A DNA stretch of 64,000 nucleotides from a virus (taxonomy: Duplodnaviria > Caudoviricetes). The notes under the pieces were generated by a model. The model ran no database searches. It was not told where the DNA came from and saw only the letters and a program-made list of their open reading frames with translations. Every line of letters begins with the position of its first letter. The stretch's first letter is position 1. Where the stretch lies: IMG/VR virus record IMGVR_UViG_3300034155_000052, positions 3,776 to 67,775 of that record. One strand, written 5' to 3'. The position numbers were made by a program, and so were the translations under genes. This document shows positions 29,835-39,790 of this stretch, one piece after another.

Positions 29835-30209
29835 ATGTCTAAAGAAAGAGAGATAGTTACTAAAATGTGGAAAAAAACAACAATACCTGCAGAATTTGAT
29901 CATTCTTATGTTCATCCAATTGAAGTTCATATTAAAGGATCTTCTAGAGAAGATTTTGAACATGCTTGCCGAAAATTTAAAATCCTTTTTCAAAGAGAAC
30001 GAATTGTAGGACAACTTAAAGATAGGTCTTCATATGAAAAACCATCAGCCAAAAAGCGTCGTAAAACAAGAGAAGCCCAAGATCGTCAAGCTATGCTTGT
30101 TATGAGAGAGCAAATGATTAAAACTGGTGAATGGGACCGTAGACAACGCCAAAAGGCTAAAAACAAAATTCGTAAAGAAGAAAAAAGGGCTGGATCTTTA
30201 AATGTCTGA
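29835..30209 (+). CDS. rpsU: ribosomal protein bS21-like with N- and C-terminal extensions
   Basis: IEVHI...EDFEHACRKFK...ERIVGQLKDRSSYEKPSAKKRRK matches bS21 (F..ALRRFK...G...E.R.R..YEKPS..R.RK). Confidence 0.8.
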   Translation: MSKEREIVTKMWKKTTIPAEFDHSYVHPIEVHIKGSSREDFEHACRKFKILFQRERIVGQLKDRSSYEKPSAKKRRKTREAQDRQAMLVMREQMIKTGEWDRRQRQKAKNKIRKEEKRAGSLNV

Positions 30210-31128
30210 AAATAGTACTTCTCAAAATAAATTAAAAAAGATTTTGGAAGAAAAACAAACAATTCCAGAATATCAAAGGTTAGATATTGAACCAGCTGAA
30301 GGTGGAAAGCCTCTTTTATTAAATGATTTTGGGAAACCTTTAATTTCAAAAGAAATTAAAAACAAATTAAAAGTTCCATTATTAAAAGAAATTACCAATG
30401 AACCAATTCATTGTAAAGCCCAACCAGAAAATAATAAAAAACCAATTGATAATGATGGGTTCGTGCCTCCAAAATCCAATTTTGTTTCCATTGGAAATAC
30501 CAAAGACCATGTGTGGTATGATTTGCCACTTTCTTCTAAAGAAGATGAAATAGATATTGATGCATTACAAGGATTAGACCCTTTAACATCTGAAATAGAT
30601 GCGTCAATGTCAGAGCAAATTATCGCTACTGAAAAAATGCTCACTGACATTAAAAATAATGTAGTTAAACATTTATCTACAATTAACAATTTAGATGATT
30701 TAAAATTATTAAAAATCAATCTTTTTGGTAAAAATAGTAATTTTGATCAAATGCTTAGATATATTAATATTTTACAACCTAAAGAGAAACATGTAATTGG
30801 AGAAATGATTGCAAATACTATGAGTATTCTATCCTTAGAACTAGATGCTAAGGAATATGAGTTTATTACATCTAAAGAAGAAACTATAGAAGAAGATATA
30901 GAAGATGAAGAAATTGAAGATGAGGAATATAACTCTACTGAAAATATTTCTTTATTAGAAGGTGATTATTCTATTTATTTAGATGGGGAGAATATCTCTG
31001 TAGAACAAGATATTAATATAATTAGAAAGATGTTATCGAAATTATTATTAGAAGATAATATAGATATTTCTAGAATTATGTTAATAAAAAGAATTCCTAT
31101 TGATTTTGGTGTTTTAATTAAAGATTAA
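30202..31128 (+). CDS. hypothetical acidic protein with a central PheS N-terminal-like coiled-coil segment
   Basis: INNLDDLKLLKINLFGKNSNF..ML..I..L.PKEK..IGEMIAN parallels PheRS-alpha N-domain (L..LE.LRV..LGKKG.LT..LK.L..L..EER...G...N). Confidence 0.55.
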   Translation: MSENSTSQNKLKKILEEKQTIPEYQRLDIEPAEGGKPLLLNDFGKPLISKEIKNKLKVPLLKEITNEPIHCKAQPENNKKPIDNDGFVPPKSNFVSIGNTKDHVWYDLPLSSKEDEIDIDALQGLDPLTSEIDASMSEQIIATEKMLTDIKNNVVKHLSTINNLDDLKLLKINLFGKNSNFDQMLRYINILQPKEKHVIGEMIANTMSILSLELDAKEYEFITSKEETIEEDIEDEEIEDEEYNSTENISLLEGDYSIYLDGENISVEQDINIIRKMLSKLLLEDNIDISRIMLIKRIPIDFGVLIKD

Positions 31129-31134
31129 AAAAAC

Positions 31135-31818
31135 ATGGAACCTGAAAATGTGCAAAGAGCTGCAACTGATATTCTTTTAAGTATTGAAAGTAAATTAGAT
31201 GTTCTTGAAAAAAGATGTCAGAATAGTGAGAATTTATTAAAACTCCTTTTAGGAAGATTTAATCAGTTTTTACCATCTTCACAAAAACAATCTGTTTCTC
31301 AACCATCTATACCAGAAGATATAGTTGTCAAAAACAATTTTGATAATCGTCCTAAAACTGATAAGTTTATACAGTTAGCCGCTAAACAGGGAATTGTAAT
31401 AGATGATAAAGTTGATAATATTCCTAAAAACATTATTACAGCTGTACCACAATTTAATGATGATATTGAAACAATGACAGAAGCGAAAGTACGTGGAAAT
31501 GTTAGAGGTCAACGTGGCCCTAAAATAGAAGGTGGTAAATCATCAGTATCGCAAATGTTAACTGGTAATAATAATGTTCCGTTATTTTTGGCTAATATAG
31601 AAATTTTAAATGAAAATAACGAATTGATAAATCAAACAAGAACAAATACAAAAGGTCGATGGTTGACAGCACTTGCACCAGGTAATTATCAAGTACATGT
31701 TATCAAAAACTTTCCTGCCGATAGTGGTAAGAAAACTATTGATACCACATATGAGATACTCGTACCTTCATCGGCTCAACCGGTGGAGCTTAGCCCATTA
31801 TCGTTTGATAATGGTTAA
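31135..31818 (+). CDS. hypothetical protein, C-terminal prealbumin/Ig-like beta domain
   Basis: PLFLANIEI......TRTNTKGRW...LAPGNYQVHV pattern. Confidence 0.65.
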   Translation: MEPENVQRAATDILLSIESKLDVLEKRCQNSENLLKLLLGRFNQFLPSSQKQSVSQPSIPEDIVVKNNFDNRPKTDKFIQLAAKQGIVIDDKVDNIPKNIITAVPQFNDDIETMTEAKVRGNVRGQRGPKIEGGKSSVSQMLTGNNNVPLFLANIEILNENNELINQTRTNTKGRWLTALAPGNYQVHVIKNFPADSGKKTIDTTYEILVPSSAQPVELSPLSFDNG

Positions 31819-31841
31819 TTATAGAAGGGTGGTGATAGCCT

Positions 31842-32081
31842 TTGTCGAAATATCGATATAGGACAAATGCTATACGTCAGAATACGGTTAATCAAAACAA
31901 GCAATATGTCACTCGTGCTACAAAACATGAGGAGCTTGTAAATAATTTAATCGAATTACGTTCAGCATTAGAAACAATAAAAGAAACATCAGCATCAATT
32001 GAATTAGCCCTAGACGAATTAGGAGATTCAATTGATACAATAGATAACTCCCTCTCCGATTTAGAGAACGAAATTATCTAA
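31842..32081 (+). CDS. hypothetical coiled-coil protein
   Basis: 79-aa ORF followed by a terminator. Confidence 0.55.
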   Translation: MSKYRYRTNAIRQNTVNQNKQYVTRATKHEELVNNLIELRSALETIKETSASIELALDELGDSIDTIDNSLSDLENEII

Positions 32082-32111
32082 ACAGTCGAGAAAAAAACTG
32101 GTGGTAGTTTT

Positions 32112-32140
32112 CAAAAGGCAGGTTAATTACCTGCCTTTTG
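32112..32140 (+). terminator. intrinsic terminator
   Basis: CAAAAGGCAGG-TTAATTA-CCTGCCTTTTG followed by T-run. Confidence 0.8.
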
Positions 32141-32165
32141 TTTTTCTAAAGAAAGGATAGTTTTT

Positions 32166-32594
32166 ATGCGAATTTTTCTTGCATCATATTTTGAACCAGA
32201 AAATCATGGACCTGGACGTAAAATTGGTATTTCCCCATCTAAACCCAAAAACCTTATGGCTGAATGTGGCTATGAATGTGATTTTTGTTATGATGGATTC
32301 TCTCCAGAAGAGGTTTTTTGGGATTATCATAAAGCTAAAAAAGCCGCCAATGGAGATTTGGCACTATTAAAAATAGCTGGTGATAATTTTGTTAATGGTT
32401 ATTTACAAAAATTAGCTTCATTTAAAAAACTTATAGAAATAGAATCTGAAAAAACAGGTGAATCTATCCAGAATTTAATTGGATTAGAAGAAGGGGATTC
32501 TTTATTATCTTGGGAACGAGACGGACACATTTCTTACAGAACTCATACAGCACAGTTTTTACAAGAGTTGGGGTATGATGTCGAAGAACACTGA
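32166..32594 (+). CDS. hypothetical protein
   Basis: 142-aa ORF with AAGGA RBS. Confidence 0.7.
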   Translation: MRIFLASYFEPENHGPGRKIGISPSKPKNLMAECGYECDFCYDGFSPEEVFWDYHKAKKAANGDLALLKIAGDNFVNGYLQKLASFKKLIEIESEKTGESIQNLIGLEEGDSLLSWERDGHISYRTHTAQFLQELGYDVEEH

Positions 32595-32925
32595 ACTTAA
32601 ACTTTTAAAACGTAATGTTAAAACACTTAATTTAGATCTTAAAGCATTAATGCAAGAACATGACCATTATGCATTAGAAGGATCTGATGAAGATGCTAAA
32701 GAGTGGTTTCATTCTTTACCAATAGAAACACTTTATGATTCTATATCAAAAGATTTGCTTTTGCCAAGAAGAAAATATTCTCTTAAAGATATGAAAATGA
32801 AGTTTTATCTTAAAAAAGAATATGAAAAAACTCAAGAAGAATTAGAAAGAAAGAAAATACAATTAAATATTGCTGTTATTGATGATTTATTAAATCAAAT
32901 CAAAAATATTCCAGGCGTTTTTTAA
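32575..32925 (+). CDS. hypothetical protein
   Basis: 116-aa ORF. Confidence 0.6.
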   Translation: MMSKNTELKLLKRNVKTLNLDLKALMQEHDHYALEGSDEDAKEWFHSLPIETLYDSISKDLLLPRRKYSLKDMKMKFYLKKEYEKTQEELERKKIQLNIAVIDDLLNQIKNIPGVF

Positions 32926-33075
32926 TATTGGAAAGAAATAAAAATGAAACCAATTGATATTTATAATTACTTTAGACCTTCCATGGCATAGTAAGTCATT
33001 TATATCTAATGATTAAAAATGATATTAAAAGTATGGATTGTTTAGATGACTGTTCTGATTTAAATAATGTTATAA

Positions 33076-34036
33076 ACCGGTGTATTAACAATAAAAAAAA
33101 CACTAGCGGATAATATTAAATTAGTTTCAGAATTAAATAAAGAAAAAAATATAGAAATAAACCCTTCTAAGATATCTGAGTTTTCATTAAAAAAATTATG
33201 GTGGAAATGTTCTAAGGGACATGAATGGAAAACGTCGGTTTCTGCTAGAAGTAATGGAACTGGATGTCCTTTTTGTAAAAGAAAGCTTGCTACTGCTGAA
33301 TATAATTTAAAAATTAAATTTCCAGATATAGTATCTCAATGGTCTTTTAAAAATAATTCTTTACCAGAAAATTTTCTACCATATTCAAAAGTTAAGGTTA
33401 TTTGGGTTTGTAATTTAGGTCATGAATGGATGGCAACAATAAGTGATAGAACTTTATCTGGAAGTGGTGTCACATTTGCTCTGGGTATTCAAAACAAAAA
33501 AAAAATGTGAACTTTCTGAAGATGGATATGAAAAACGATGTAATTCATGTTCTGAAATGAAAAATATTTGTGAGTTTAGGAATAGAAAAAATATAAAAAA
33601 TCAAAAAAATAATAAAAGCAATTGGCTAAATTCAGTTTGCAGACAATGTGAAAACAAAGATGTTGATCATTATAGAACAATGACACCACTAGGTATTGCT
33701 AGTGAGATTGTTAGAAGAAAAAAAAGTGTTTGTTTAAAAAATAATTTAAAATTTGATCTTACTAAGGATTTTGTTTTAGATCGATTAAATAAAATTGGTT
33801 GGAAATGTGAATTAACAAATCTTCCCATGAGATCTATTAAAACTAGTATAGATGAAAAATATCAAGGTTTTCATTTAGATTCAATCTCTATGGATAGAAT
33901 AGATCATGCAAGTGGTTATACTAAAGATAATATTAGATTTGTATTAAATCAAGTTAATGTTTTTAGATCTAATGGATCTGATGAACGTATGTATAAAATA
34001 GCTGAAGCACTATTAAAAAATAGGAAAACAACATGA
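33076..34036 (+). pseudogene. degenerate free-standing homing endonuclease: zinc-ribbon (DUF4379-like) repeats plus His-Me-finger C-terminus
   Basis: 33076..33510 frame: WWKCSKGHEW...GCPFC and WVCNLGHEW, no start codon; two frameshifts near 33469 and 33500; 33443..34036 ends SMDRIDHASGYTKDNIRFVLNQVN. Confidence 0.65.
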
Positions 34037-34734
34037 AATATAGAGTATTGGTTGCAGATTGTCCTTGGAAATTTTCAGATCCTCTTTTAATGTCAAATGT
34101 AAAAAGAGGAGCGTCTTCTGTTTATAATACATTAACAATAACAGATTTAAAAAACCTTCCTGTAAAAGATATTGCTGAAGATGATTCAATTCTTTTACTT
34201 TGGTGTCCTTCATCATTATTAGAAGAAGGCTTGGAAGTAATGAAAAGCTGGGGTTTTTCATTTAAACAAACCCATATTTGGGTTAAAGTTAAAAAAAATG
34301 TCTTATTTTCGCTAATATCAAATATTAAAAAGATATTTTCTAATTTTCTAAATGAAAAAATTACTGCAAAAACACTAAGTTCAACTAGTTTTGATTTGGG
34401 AAGTGTGTTATCATTCGGAATGGGTAGGTTATTTCGCCAAACACACGAATTAGCATTAGTTGGAGTTCGTGGTAAAATATATAATCATTTAGAAAATAAA
34501 TCTCAAAGGTCTGTACATTTTTTTCCTTCAACAAAACATTCTGTTAAACCTGATATTTTACAAGATATGTTAGAAAAAATGTTTCCTGGTAAAGAACATA
34601 ATAAAATTGAATTATTTGCTAGAAGATCTAAAAATGGATGGACTTGTGTAGGTTTAGAATCTCCAAGTACTATTGGAGAAGATATTAGAGATTCTATAGA
34701 AAGATTAAAAAATGAAAACATTAAAATTGGATAG
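34033..34734 (+). CDS. MT-A70 family N6-adenine methyltransferase
   Basis: LVADCPWKF (DPPW-like), LLLWCP, WGFSFK..HIWVK, RQTHELALVG.RG, HSVKP, IELFAR. Confidence 0.88.
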   Translation: MKYRVLVADCPWKFSDPLLMSNVKRGASSVYNTLTITDLKNLPVKDIAEDDSILLLWCPSSLLEEGLEVMKSWGFSFKQTHIWVKVKKNVLFSLISNIKKIFSNFLNEKITAKTLSSTSFDLGSVLSFGMGRLFRQTHELALVGVRGKIYNHLENKSQRSVHFFPSTKHSVKPDILQDMLEKMFPGKEHNKIELFARRSKNGWTCVGLESPSTIGEDIRDSIERLKNENIKIG

Positions 34735-35230
34735 AGATTATAAACCTATTGAGTTTATAACAATGAAAAAAACCGCTAAACTTATATCTAAAGATAAGGT
34801 AGAAGTTTTAGCAGAGTGGCCAAATATAACATTTTATAAAAACTCTAAATTACCAGCTATAGTTGTACTTAAAGAATATGTACGTAAAAAGATATTACCA
34901 CATCGTTTTACATTAAAAGGTATATTTAGAAGAGATTTATATATTTGCCAATATACAGGAGTAGCATTATTACCGGACCAATTAACAGTAGACCATATTA
35001 TTCCTAAATCCAGGGGTGGTAAGAGTACTTGGGAAAACTGTGTAACTGCATCTAGAAAAATTAATTTAGAGAAGGGTAATAAAACTCCAGAAGAGGCTGG
35101 TTTAAAATTGCTTAATAAACCTACATCTCCATATGATAAATTAACTTTGGAATATATTACTATGGGGGAAACTCATCCATCTTGGTCTATTTATTTCCCT
35201 GGAATTACAAACCAAAGTAGAAAAATGTAG
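34712..35230 (+). CDS. HNH endonuclease (McrA-like)
   Basis: FRRDLYICQYTG...TVDHIIPKSRGGKSTWENCVTAS..IN..KGNKTPEEAG. Confidence 0.88.
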   Translation: MKTLKLDRDYKPIEFITMKKTAKLISKDKVEVLAEWPNITFYKNSKLPAIVVLKEYVRKKILPHRFTLKGIFRRDLYICQYTGVALLPDQLTVDHIIPKSRGGKSTWENCVTASRKINLEKGNKTPEEAGLKLLNKPTSPYDKLTLEYITMGETHPSWSIYFPGITNQSRKM

Positions 35231-35286
35231 TTTTACTAAAGAAATAGAGTATTATTCACGCATTTAAGAAGAATTGGCGGTATATA

Positions 35287-35550
35287 ATGTTTAGATCAAG
35301 AGATATAGGGTTTCCTAAAACAGTAAATTGTCAAGCTTGCGGAAGCGAATATGTAGAAACTGATCTAAAAACTGTAAAATTAGCAGGTTTTACATCCCCT
35401 ATAGAGATTTGTAAATCTTGTTCAGATAAATCAGTAGATGATTCTTTTAAAGATGCCGCTGAAATTTTAAATGATATTGTAAATATTGCAAAATCTGATA
35501 AAGATCCTGAAAGAAGATTATTATTAATAAAAGCTTTAATCGGAGAATAG
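35287..35550 (+). CDS. hypothetical zinc-finger protein
   Basis: CQAC...CKSC. Confidence 0.65.
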   Translation: MFRSRDIGFPKTVNCQACGSEYVETDLKTVKLAGFTSPIEICKSCSDKSVDDSFKDAAEILNDIVNIAKSDKDPERRLLLIKALIGE

Positions 35551-35553
35551 GTT

Positions 35554-35988
35554 TTGGCTGAATATTTTGATCGTAAAGATGATTATGGGTATGTTCGTTG
35601 GGCCCAGGAAGTAAAAAAACGAGACCATTATACTTGTACTATTTGTGGTAGAAAAGGCGTTGCTCTTAATTCTCACCACCTAAACTCTTGGGCAGATCAT
35701 CCAAGTGAACGATACGATGTAAGTAATGGTACGACACTGTGTACTTACCACCATCAAAATTTTCATAAGTTAAAAGGTAAGGGTAAAAATACATTAGCAC
35801 AATTTGAAGAATATAGAAAAATTGCAGAAACAATTATAGCGGTAACAAAAGAAGAATGTATCAAAGATTTTACAGTAAGAAAATTATTACAAACAGCTGA
35901 GAAGGATATGGTTATACAAGCCATATTAGCTGATTTGGAATTAAATAATGGTATTGTAGAAAGATTAACAGATGGTTATTCTGAATAA
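35554..35988 (+). CDS. HNH endonuclease domain protein
   Basis: WAQEVKKRD.YTCTICG...NSHHL...DVSNGTTLC..HH..FH. Confidence 0.8.
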   Translation: MAEYFDRKDDYGYVRWAQEVKKRDHYTCTICGRKGVALNSHHLNSWADHPSERYDVSNGTTLCTYHHQNFHKLKGKGKNTLAQFEEYRKIAETIIAVTKEECIKDFTVRKLLQTAEKDMVIQAILADLELNNGIVERLTDGYSE

Positions 35989-36054
35989 TGTTTGTGTCGA
36001 GATTGTGTTTTGAACTCTGTAAGATAAAAGGTTTGGAAAAAGAAAGAAAACAAA

Positions 36055-36588
36055 ATGATTTATAAAACTTTTGAGTATTACGAAATTTGTCCTCCTGTTT
36101 ATCGATTTGCGGTAAAAGAAGGATTAGATGATAGTTTCTTACCAACACAATCCAGTGAAAAAGCAACTGGATGGGATGTAAGGGCCGCAGAAACAATCAT
36201 ATTACAACCAACAATAACAACATTAATACCTTTAGGTATTAGGTGTATAGCACCTCAAGGATGGTGGTTAGATTTAGCTTGCAGATCTTCAACATTCGCT
36301 AAGAAACAAATCCATACATTATATGGCAAGATTGATGAAGATTATTTTGGTCAAATTATGTTAGCGGCACAATGGCTTCCTAGTTATCATGAAGTTGGAA
36401 ATGATATTAAAGATTATTTAACTCAACAAATGGTAATTGAAAAGGGAGAAAGGGTTGGGCAATTAATTCCTGTTAAACGTATGACAATGAAAATTGAACA
36501 AATTTCCAATCAAGAATTAGATGAATATAAGGAATCATATGAAACATTACGTAACGAAGCTGGGTTTGGAGCATCTGGAACAAAATAA
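36055..36588 (+). CDS. dut: trimeric dUTPase
   Basis: ATGWDVRA, RSST, GKIDEDYFG, GERVGQLI, R..AGFGASG. Confidence 0.9.
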   Translation: MIYKTFEYYEICPPVYRFAVKEGLDDSFLPTQSSEKATGWDVRAAETIILQPTITTLIPLGIRCIAPQGWWLDLACRSSTFAKKQIHTLYGKIDEDYFGQIMLAAQWLPSYHEVGNDIKDYLTQQMVIEKGERVGQLIPVKRMTMKIEQISNQELDEYKESYETLRNEAGFGASGTK

Positions 36589-36927
36589 AATATCTGTAAT
36601 ACAATTACTTATATATTTACAAACCAACAATAGTTGTTCTAATAATTCGGTAGAATGTTCTTATATTAGAACAGAAGAGATTTGTGATCAAATATCATTT
36701 GATTCAAATTATCAAATTCAAAGCTTTTATATATTAAACTGGTTTTGTGAAGTAAAAAACCCTTGTTCACCATTTGTAAATTATCAAAATGCTGGTATAA
36801 ATTATGTTGTTGTAGTACCAACACCTGAAGGAATTTTTAGTTCAATTATTAAAAGATCGCAAAAGAATGAAAAATTAAAATTTTGCACATCACCAATAAC
36901 GCTTTCTAAAGCTTTTGTTAAAATATT

Positions 36928-37143
36928 ATGTTAAACAAATATATAACTGATACCATGGAGGATTATTTACAAAAAGAAGATATGGAAATCTCACAAGGCC
37001 TGTGTATAAATACAGATAAGTGTATTTATAAGGATAAAGATAGTTATACAGGTAACGTAGTAGTAGAAATAAATTCTCCAAATTATCCTTATGATGGTTC
37101 TATTAAAAAAAGAAAATATTGGAAAAAGGTTATAGAAAAATAA
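36928..37143 (+). CDS. hypothetical protein
   Basis: 71-aa ORF. Confidence 0.45.
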   Translation: MLNKYITDTMEDYLQKEDMEISQGLCINTDKCIYKDKDSYTGNVVVEINSPNYPYDGSIKKRKYWKKVIEK

Positions 37144-37174
37144 TTAGTTTTATAATTAAAAAAGAAAGAAATAT

Positions 37175-37807
37175 ATGTTTTTATTTGGACTTTCCCCTTG
37201 GATATTTGTTGTTTCACTTTTATTATTTGTTGCACTTGTAACAATTGTGCAAATGGAATTTTACGGATGGTCAACATTTGTATGTGTTGGAAGTTTGGTA
37301 TTTATACAGTTTTTAATGAAAATTAATATATATAATTATATTAAAGATAATCCAAATACTATAGTTTTAACATTTGTAATTTATTTATCTTTAGGGCTTA
37401 TATGGTCATTTATTAAATGGGTTTCTTTTTTATATAAGTTTAAACAATGTCGCGAAGATAAACTTAAACAATTTTATAAACACGAAGATTATGAACTAAA
37501 CAGAGAAAATGAAAGACTTGCAGTAATCGGGAAAGCACCTTTGACACATTTTACAACAAAGGTTTCTGAGTTTGGGTTTTTAAATGATATAATTTATAAA
37601 AATAAAACAAGGATGTCAAAATCTCCCTCCTTTATCGATTATAAAGGAGATATAGTTGCTTGGGTTATATTTTGGATTCCTTCACTAATTGGAACTTTAT
37701 TAAATGATTTTGTTGGAAATTTAGTTATCTGGATTGTTAATAGGTTTAGTGCATTATATCAAAAACTATCTAATAAAATTGTTGGAGACTTACCAAATGA
37801 GAAATGA
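37175..37807 (+). CDS. hypothetical membrane protein
   Basis: Three N-terminal hydrophobic segments and one near the C-terminus. Confidence 0.75.
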   Translation: MFLFGLSPWIFVVSLLLFVALVTIVQMEFYGWSTFVCVGSLVFIQFLMKINIYNYIKDNPNTIVLTFVIYLSLGLIWSFIKWVSFLYKFKQCREDKLKQFYKHEDYELNRENERLAVIGKAPLTHFTTKVSEFGFLNDIIYKNKTRMSKSPSFIDYKGDIVAWVIFWIPSLIGTLLNDFVGNLVIWIVNRFSALYQKLSNKIVGDLPNEK

Positions 37808-38054
37808 ACATTTTCGTGGTGTTTTATGGCCGCGTCAATTACCATCAGATGGACCTAAAGAAATTTATCGTTATGTTATTTGTGGTGTTTTAACCACAAA
37901 TAAGCCTTTAAATTTGCCCGAAGAATTTGCAAATGAATCTATCATTGATGGGTTTGCGGCAATAGCAGATGGTATTGAAGCGGTTAACAAACGAGCTTCA
38001 AAAATACCAACGGGTGATGCTGTTAATGTTCTTTGTTCACTTGATATTTTGTAA
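37797..38054 (+). CDS. hypothetical protein
   Basis: ORF track 37734..38054; ATG at 37797 overlaps the upstream stop. Confidence 0.55.
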   Translation: MRNEHFRGVLWPRQLPSDGPKEIYRYVICGVLTTNKPLNLPEEFANESIIDGFAAIADGIEAVNKRASKIPTGDAVNVLCSLDIL

Positions 38055-38292
38055 AGGATTGTTAATAAAAACTCCAAAATACAACATCGGAGATATTGTT
38101 GGTACAAAAACATATATTGATCGGGATTATTATAAACGGTATTTAGATCCGTCTAAAATAGTTAAAATTGAATTTGGGTTTCTTCCATATGTAAGTTCTA
38201 ACACTTATTATCCAGATAAACAGTTTATTTATATATTAAAAGATAAAAGAACTGTTGCTGAAAAAGATATCGTTCAATCACGTTATTGGTAA
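37969..38292 (+). CDS. hypothetical protein (start uncertain)
   Basis: C-half has a phage-like PKYNIGDIV pattern. Confidence 0.4.
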   Translation: MVLKRLTNELQKYQRVMLLMFFVHLIFCKGLLIKTPKYNIGDIVGTKTYIDRDYYKRYLDPSKIVKIEFGFLPYVSSNTYYPDKQFIYILKDKRTVAEKDIVQSRYW

Positions 38293-38388
38293 GTTTGTTA
38301 AAGTTTTAATTTTTTATTATTTTGTAAAATTCTTAATTTCCTTGATGTTTTGTAAAGTTTCCAGTTGCGTTCTCACTGTTTTTCTGCT

Positions 38389-38650
38389 GTTATAACCCCA
38401 TCAAGCCTCCAGCTTGGAAAGGGGCTTGTTAGAGTCGTTTAATGCCAAATTTAGTACATAAACAAGTTAAATTAATGACTAGAGTACCCGGTCTTCCTAC
38501 TCGTAAGAGTAGGAAGATACAGGAAACTGAATCATCTTCTCGTGGCAGAGAAAAATATATTTCTGATACTTCTCTAGTTGGAAATCCCTATGATGATCAG
38601 TCTCGAAGAGAGCAATTACCGGAGCAATCCGTGAGGAAGGTAACTTCCAA
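38389..38650 (+). ncRNA. putative omega-RNA scaffold of element 2 (boundary approximate)
   Basis: Homologous to 17757 ff.; shortened CGGA-GCAA-TCCG hairpin at 38620..38631. Confidence 0.55.
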
Positions 38651-39677
38651 CCATTGGATTTCCATTATTTCTAATAATGAGAATCCTCTTATGCCTTGTC
38701 ATCCTGCTAGAGCAAGACAATTACTTAAACAAAATAAAGCTAAAAAACAATTTGCTAATTCTATTTGTTATCTTAAACTAATTAAAAGAAATATAGGAAA
38801 CATTCAAGATATTTCTTGTGGAATTGATTCAGGATCTAAAAGAGAAGCGATAACTGTAAAATCAAAGAATAAAACATTTATTAATATTTTAGCTGATGCT
38901 AGAATAGGAGTAAAAGAATCTATTGAAATTAGAAGAAACATGAGAAGATCAAGGAGGTTTAGGAAAACTCCTTGTAGAAAGAATAAATATAATAGAAAAA
39001 GAAATGTAAATTTTATTCCTCCGTCAACAAGAGCAAGATGGAATTCTAAGTTAAGGTTGATAAATATATTAAAGAAGATATATCCAATATCGATATATGT
39101 TGTTGAAGATATAAAAGCTAAAACATTAAAAGGTAAAAGAAATTGGAATAAGAATTTTTCTCCATTAGAAGTTGGGAAAACATATTTCTATAATATTATT
39201 AAAACATATGGAAGTCTTGTTCTAAAAGAAGGTTGGGAAACATCTGAAAAAAGAAAATCTTTAAATTTGGTGAAAACTAATAAAAAATTAGATAAAATAT
39301 TTTCCGCACATAATGTTGATAGTTGGGTTTTAGCAAATTTCCCATTTAATATTCAAATATATCCTGAAAATATTGATATGTATTATTTCCAACAAATTGA
39401 GTTACACAGAAGACAATTACATATGTTGCAGTTTTCTAAAAGAGGAAAAAGAAAGAGATATGGAGGGACAGTATCTCTTGGAATACCTAAGGGAACAGTA
39501 ATAAAAGTAAAATATAAAAAGAAAGAAATATATGCTTATGTTGGTGGAAATATGGAGGGGAAATTATCTATACATAATTTAGAAACAGGAAAAAGAATTT
39601 GTCAAAGTATAGATAAGGATAATGTTGAGTTATATAAAGGATGGATAGAAAAATGGAAAACAGAAAAAATAAAATGA
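38442..39677 (+). CDS. isrB: IsrB, copy 2
   Basis: PLMPCHPARARQLL, GIDSGS, RRNMRRSRR, VVEDI, HNVD; no HNH. Confidence 0.8.
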   Translation: MPNLVHKQVKLMTRVPGLPTRKSRKIQETESSSRGREKYISDTSLVGNPYDDQSRREQLPEQSVRKVTSNHWISIISNNENPLMPCHPARARQLLKQNKAKKQFANSICYLKLIKRNIGNIQDISCGIDSGSKREAITVKSKNKTFINILADARIGVKESIEIRRNMRRSRRFRKTPCRKNKYNRKRNVNFIPPSTRARWNSKLRLINILKKIYPISIYVVEDIKAKTLKGKRNWNKNFSPLEVGKTYFYNIIKTYGSLVLKEGWETSEKRKSLNLVKTNKKLDKIFSAHNVDSWVLANFPFNIQIYPENIDMYYFQQIELHRRQLHMLQFSKRGKRKRYGGTVSLGIPKGTVIKVKYKKKEIYAYVGGNMEGKLSIHNLETGKRICQSIDKDNVELYKGWIEKWKTEKIK

Positions 39678-39790
39678 TAACAAAAAGGAGTAGAGCAATT
39701 CTTCCATGCCTGCTACGCAGACAGGGGTTTCCTTGCTCATTTCAAATGATATTCGATAGTTGGCTCTTAACAGGAAAGAATTATTAAAAT

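Larger units (their letters stand above)
38389..39745 (+). mobile_element. non-autonomous IS200/IS605-family (OMEGA) element 2
   Basis: Left end GTTATAACCCC..GGGGCTTGTTAG; right-end hairpin AGCAATTC..CCTG..CAGG..TTGCT; followed by ATGA. Confidence 0.85.

Noticed and set aside
36521-36934. 137-aa ORF overlapping the dUTPase end
   Set aside because: Start lies inside dut and there is no motif; a real gene with a later non-canonical start cannot be excluded
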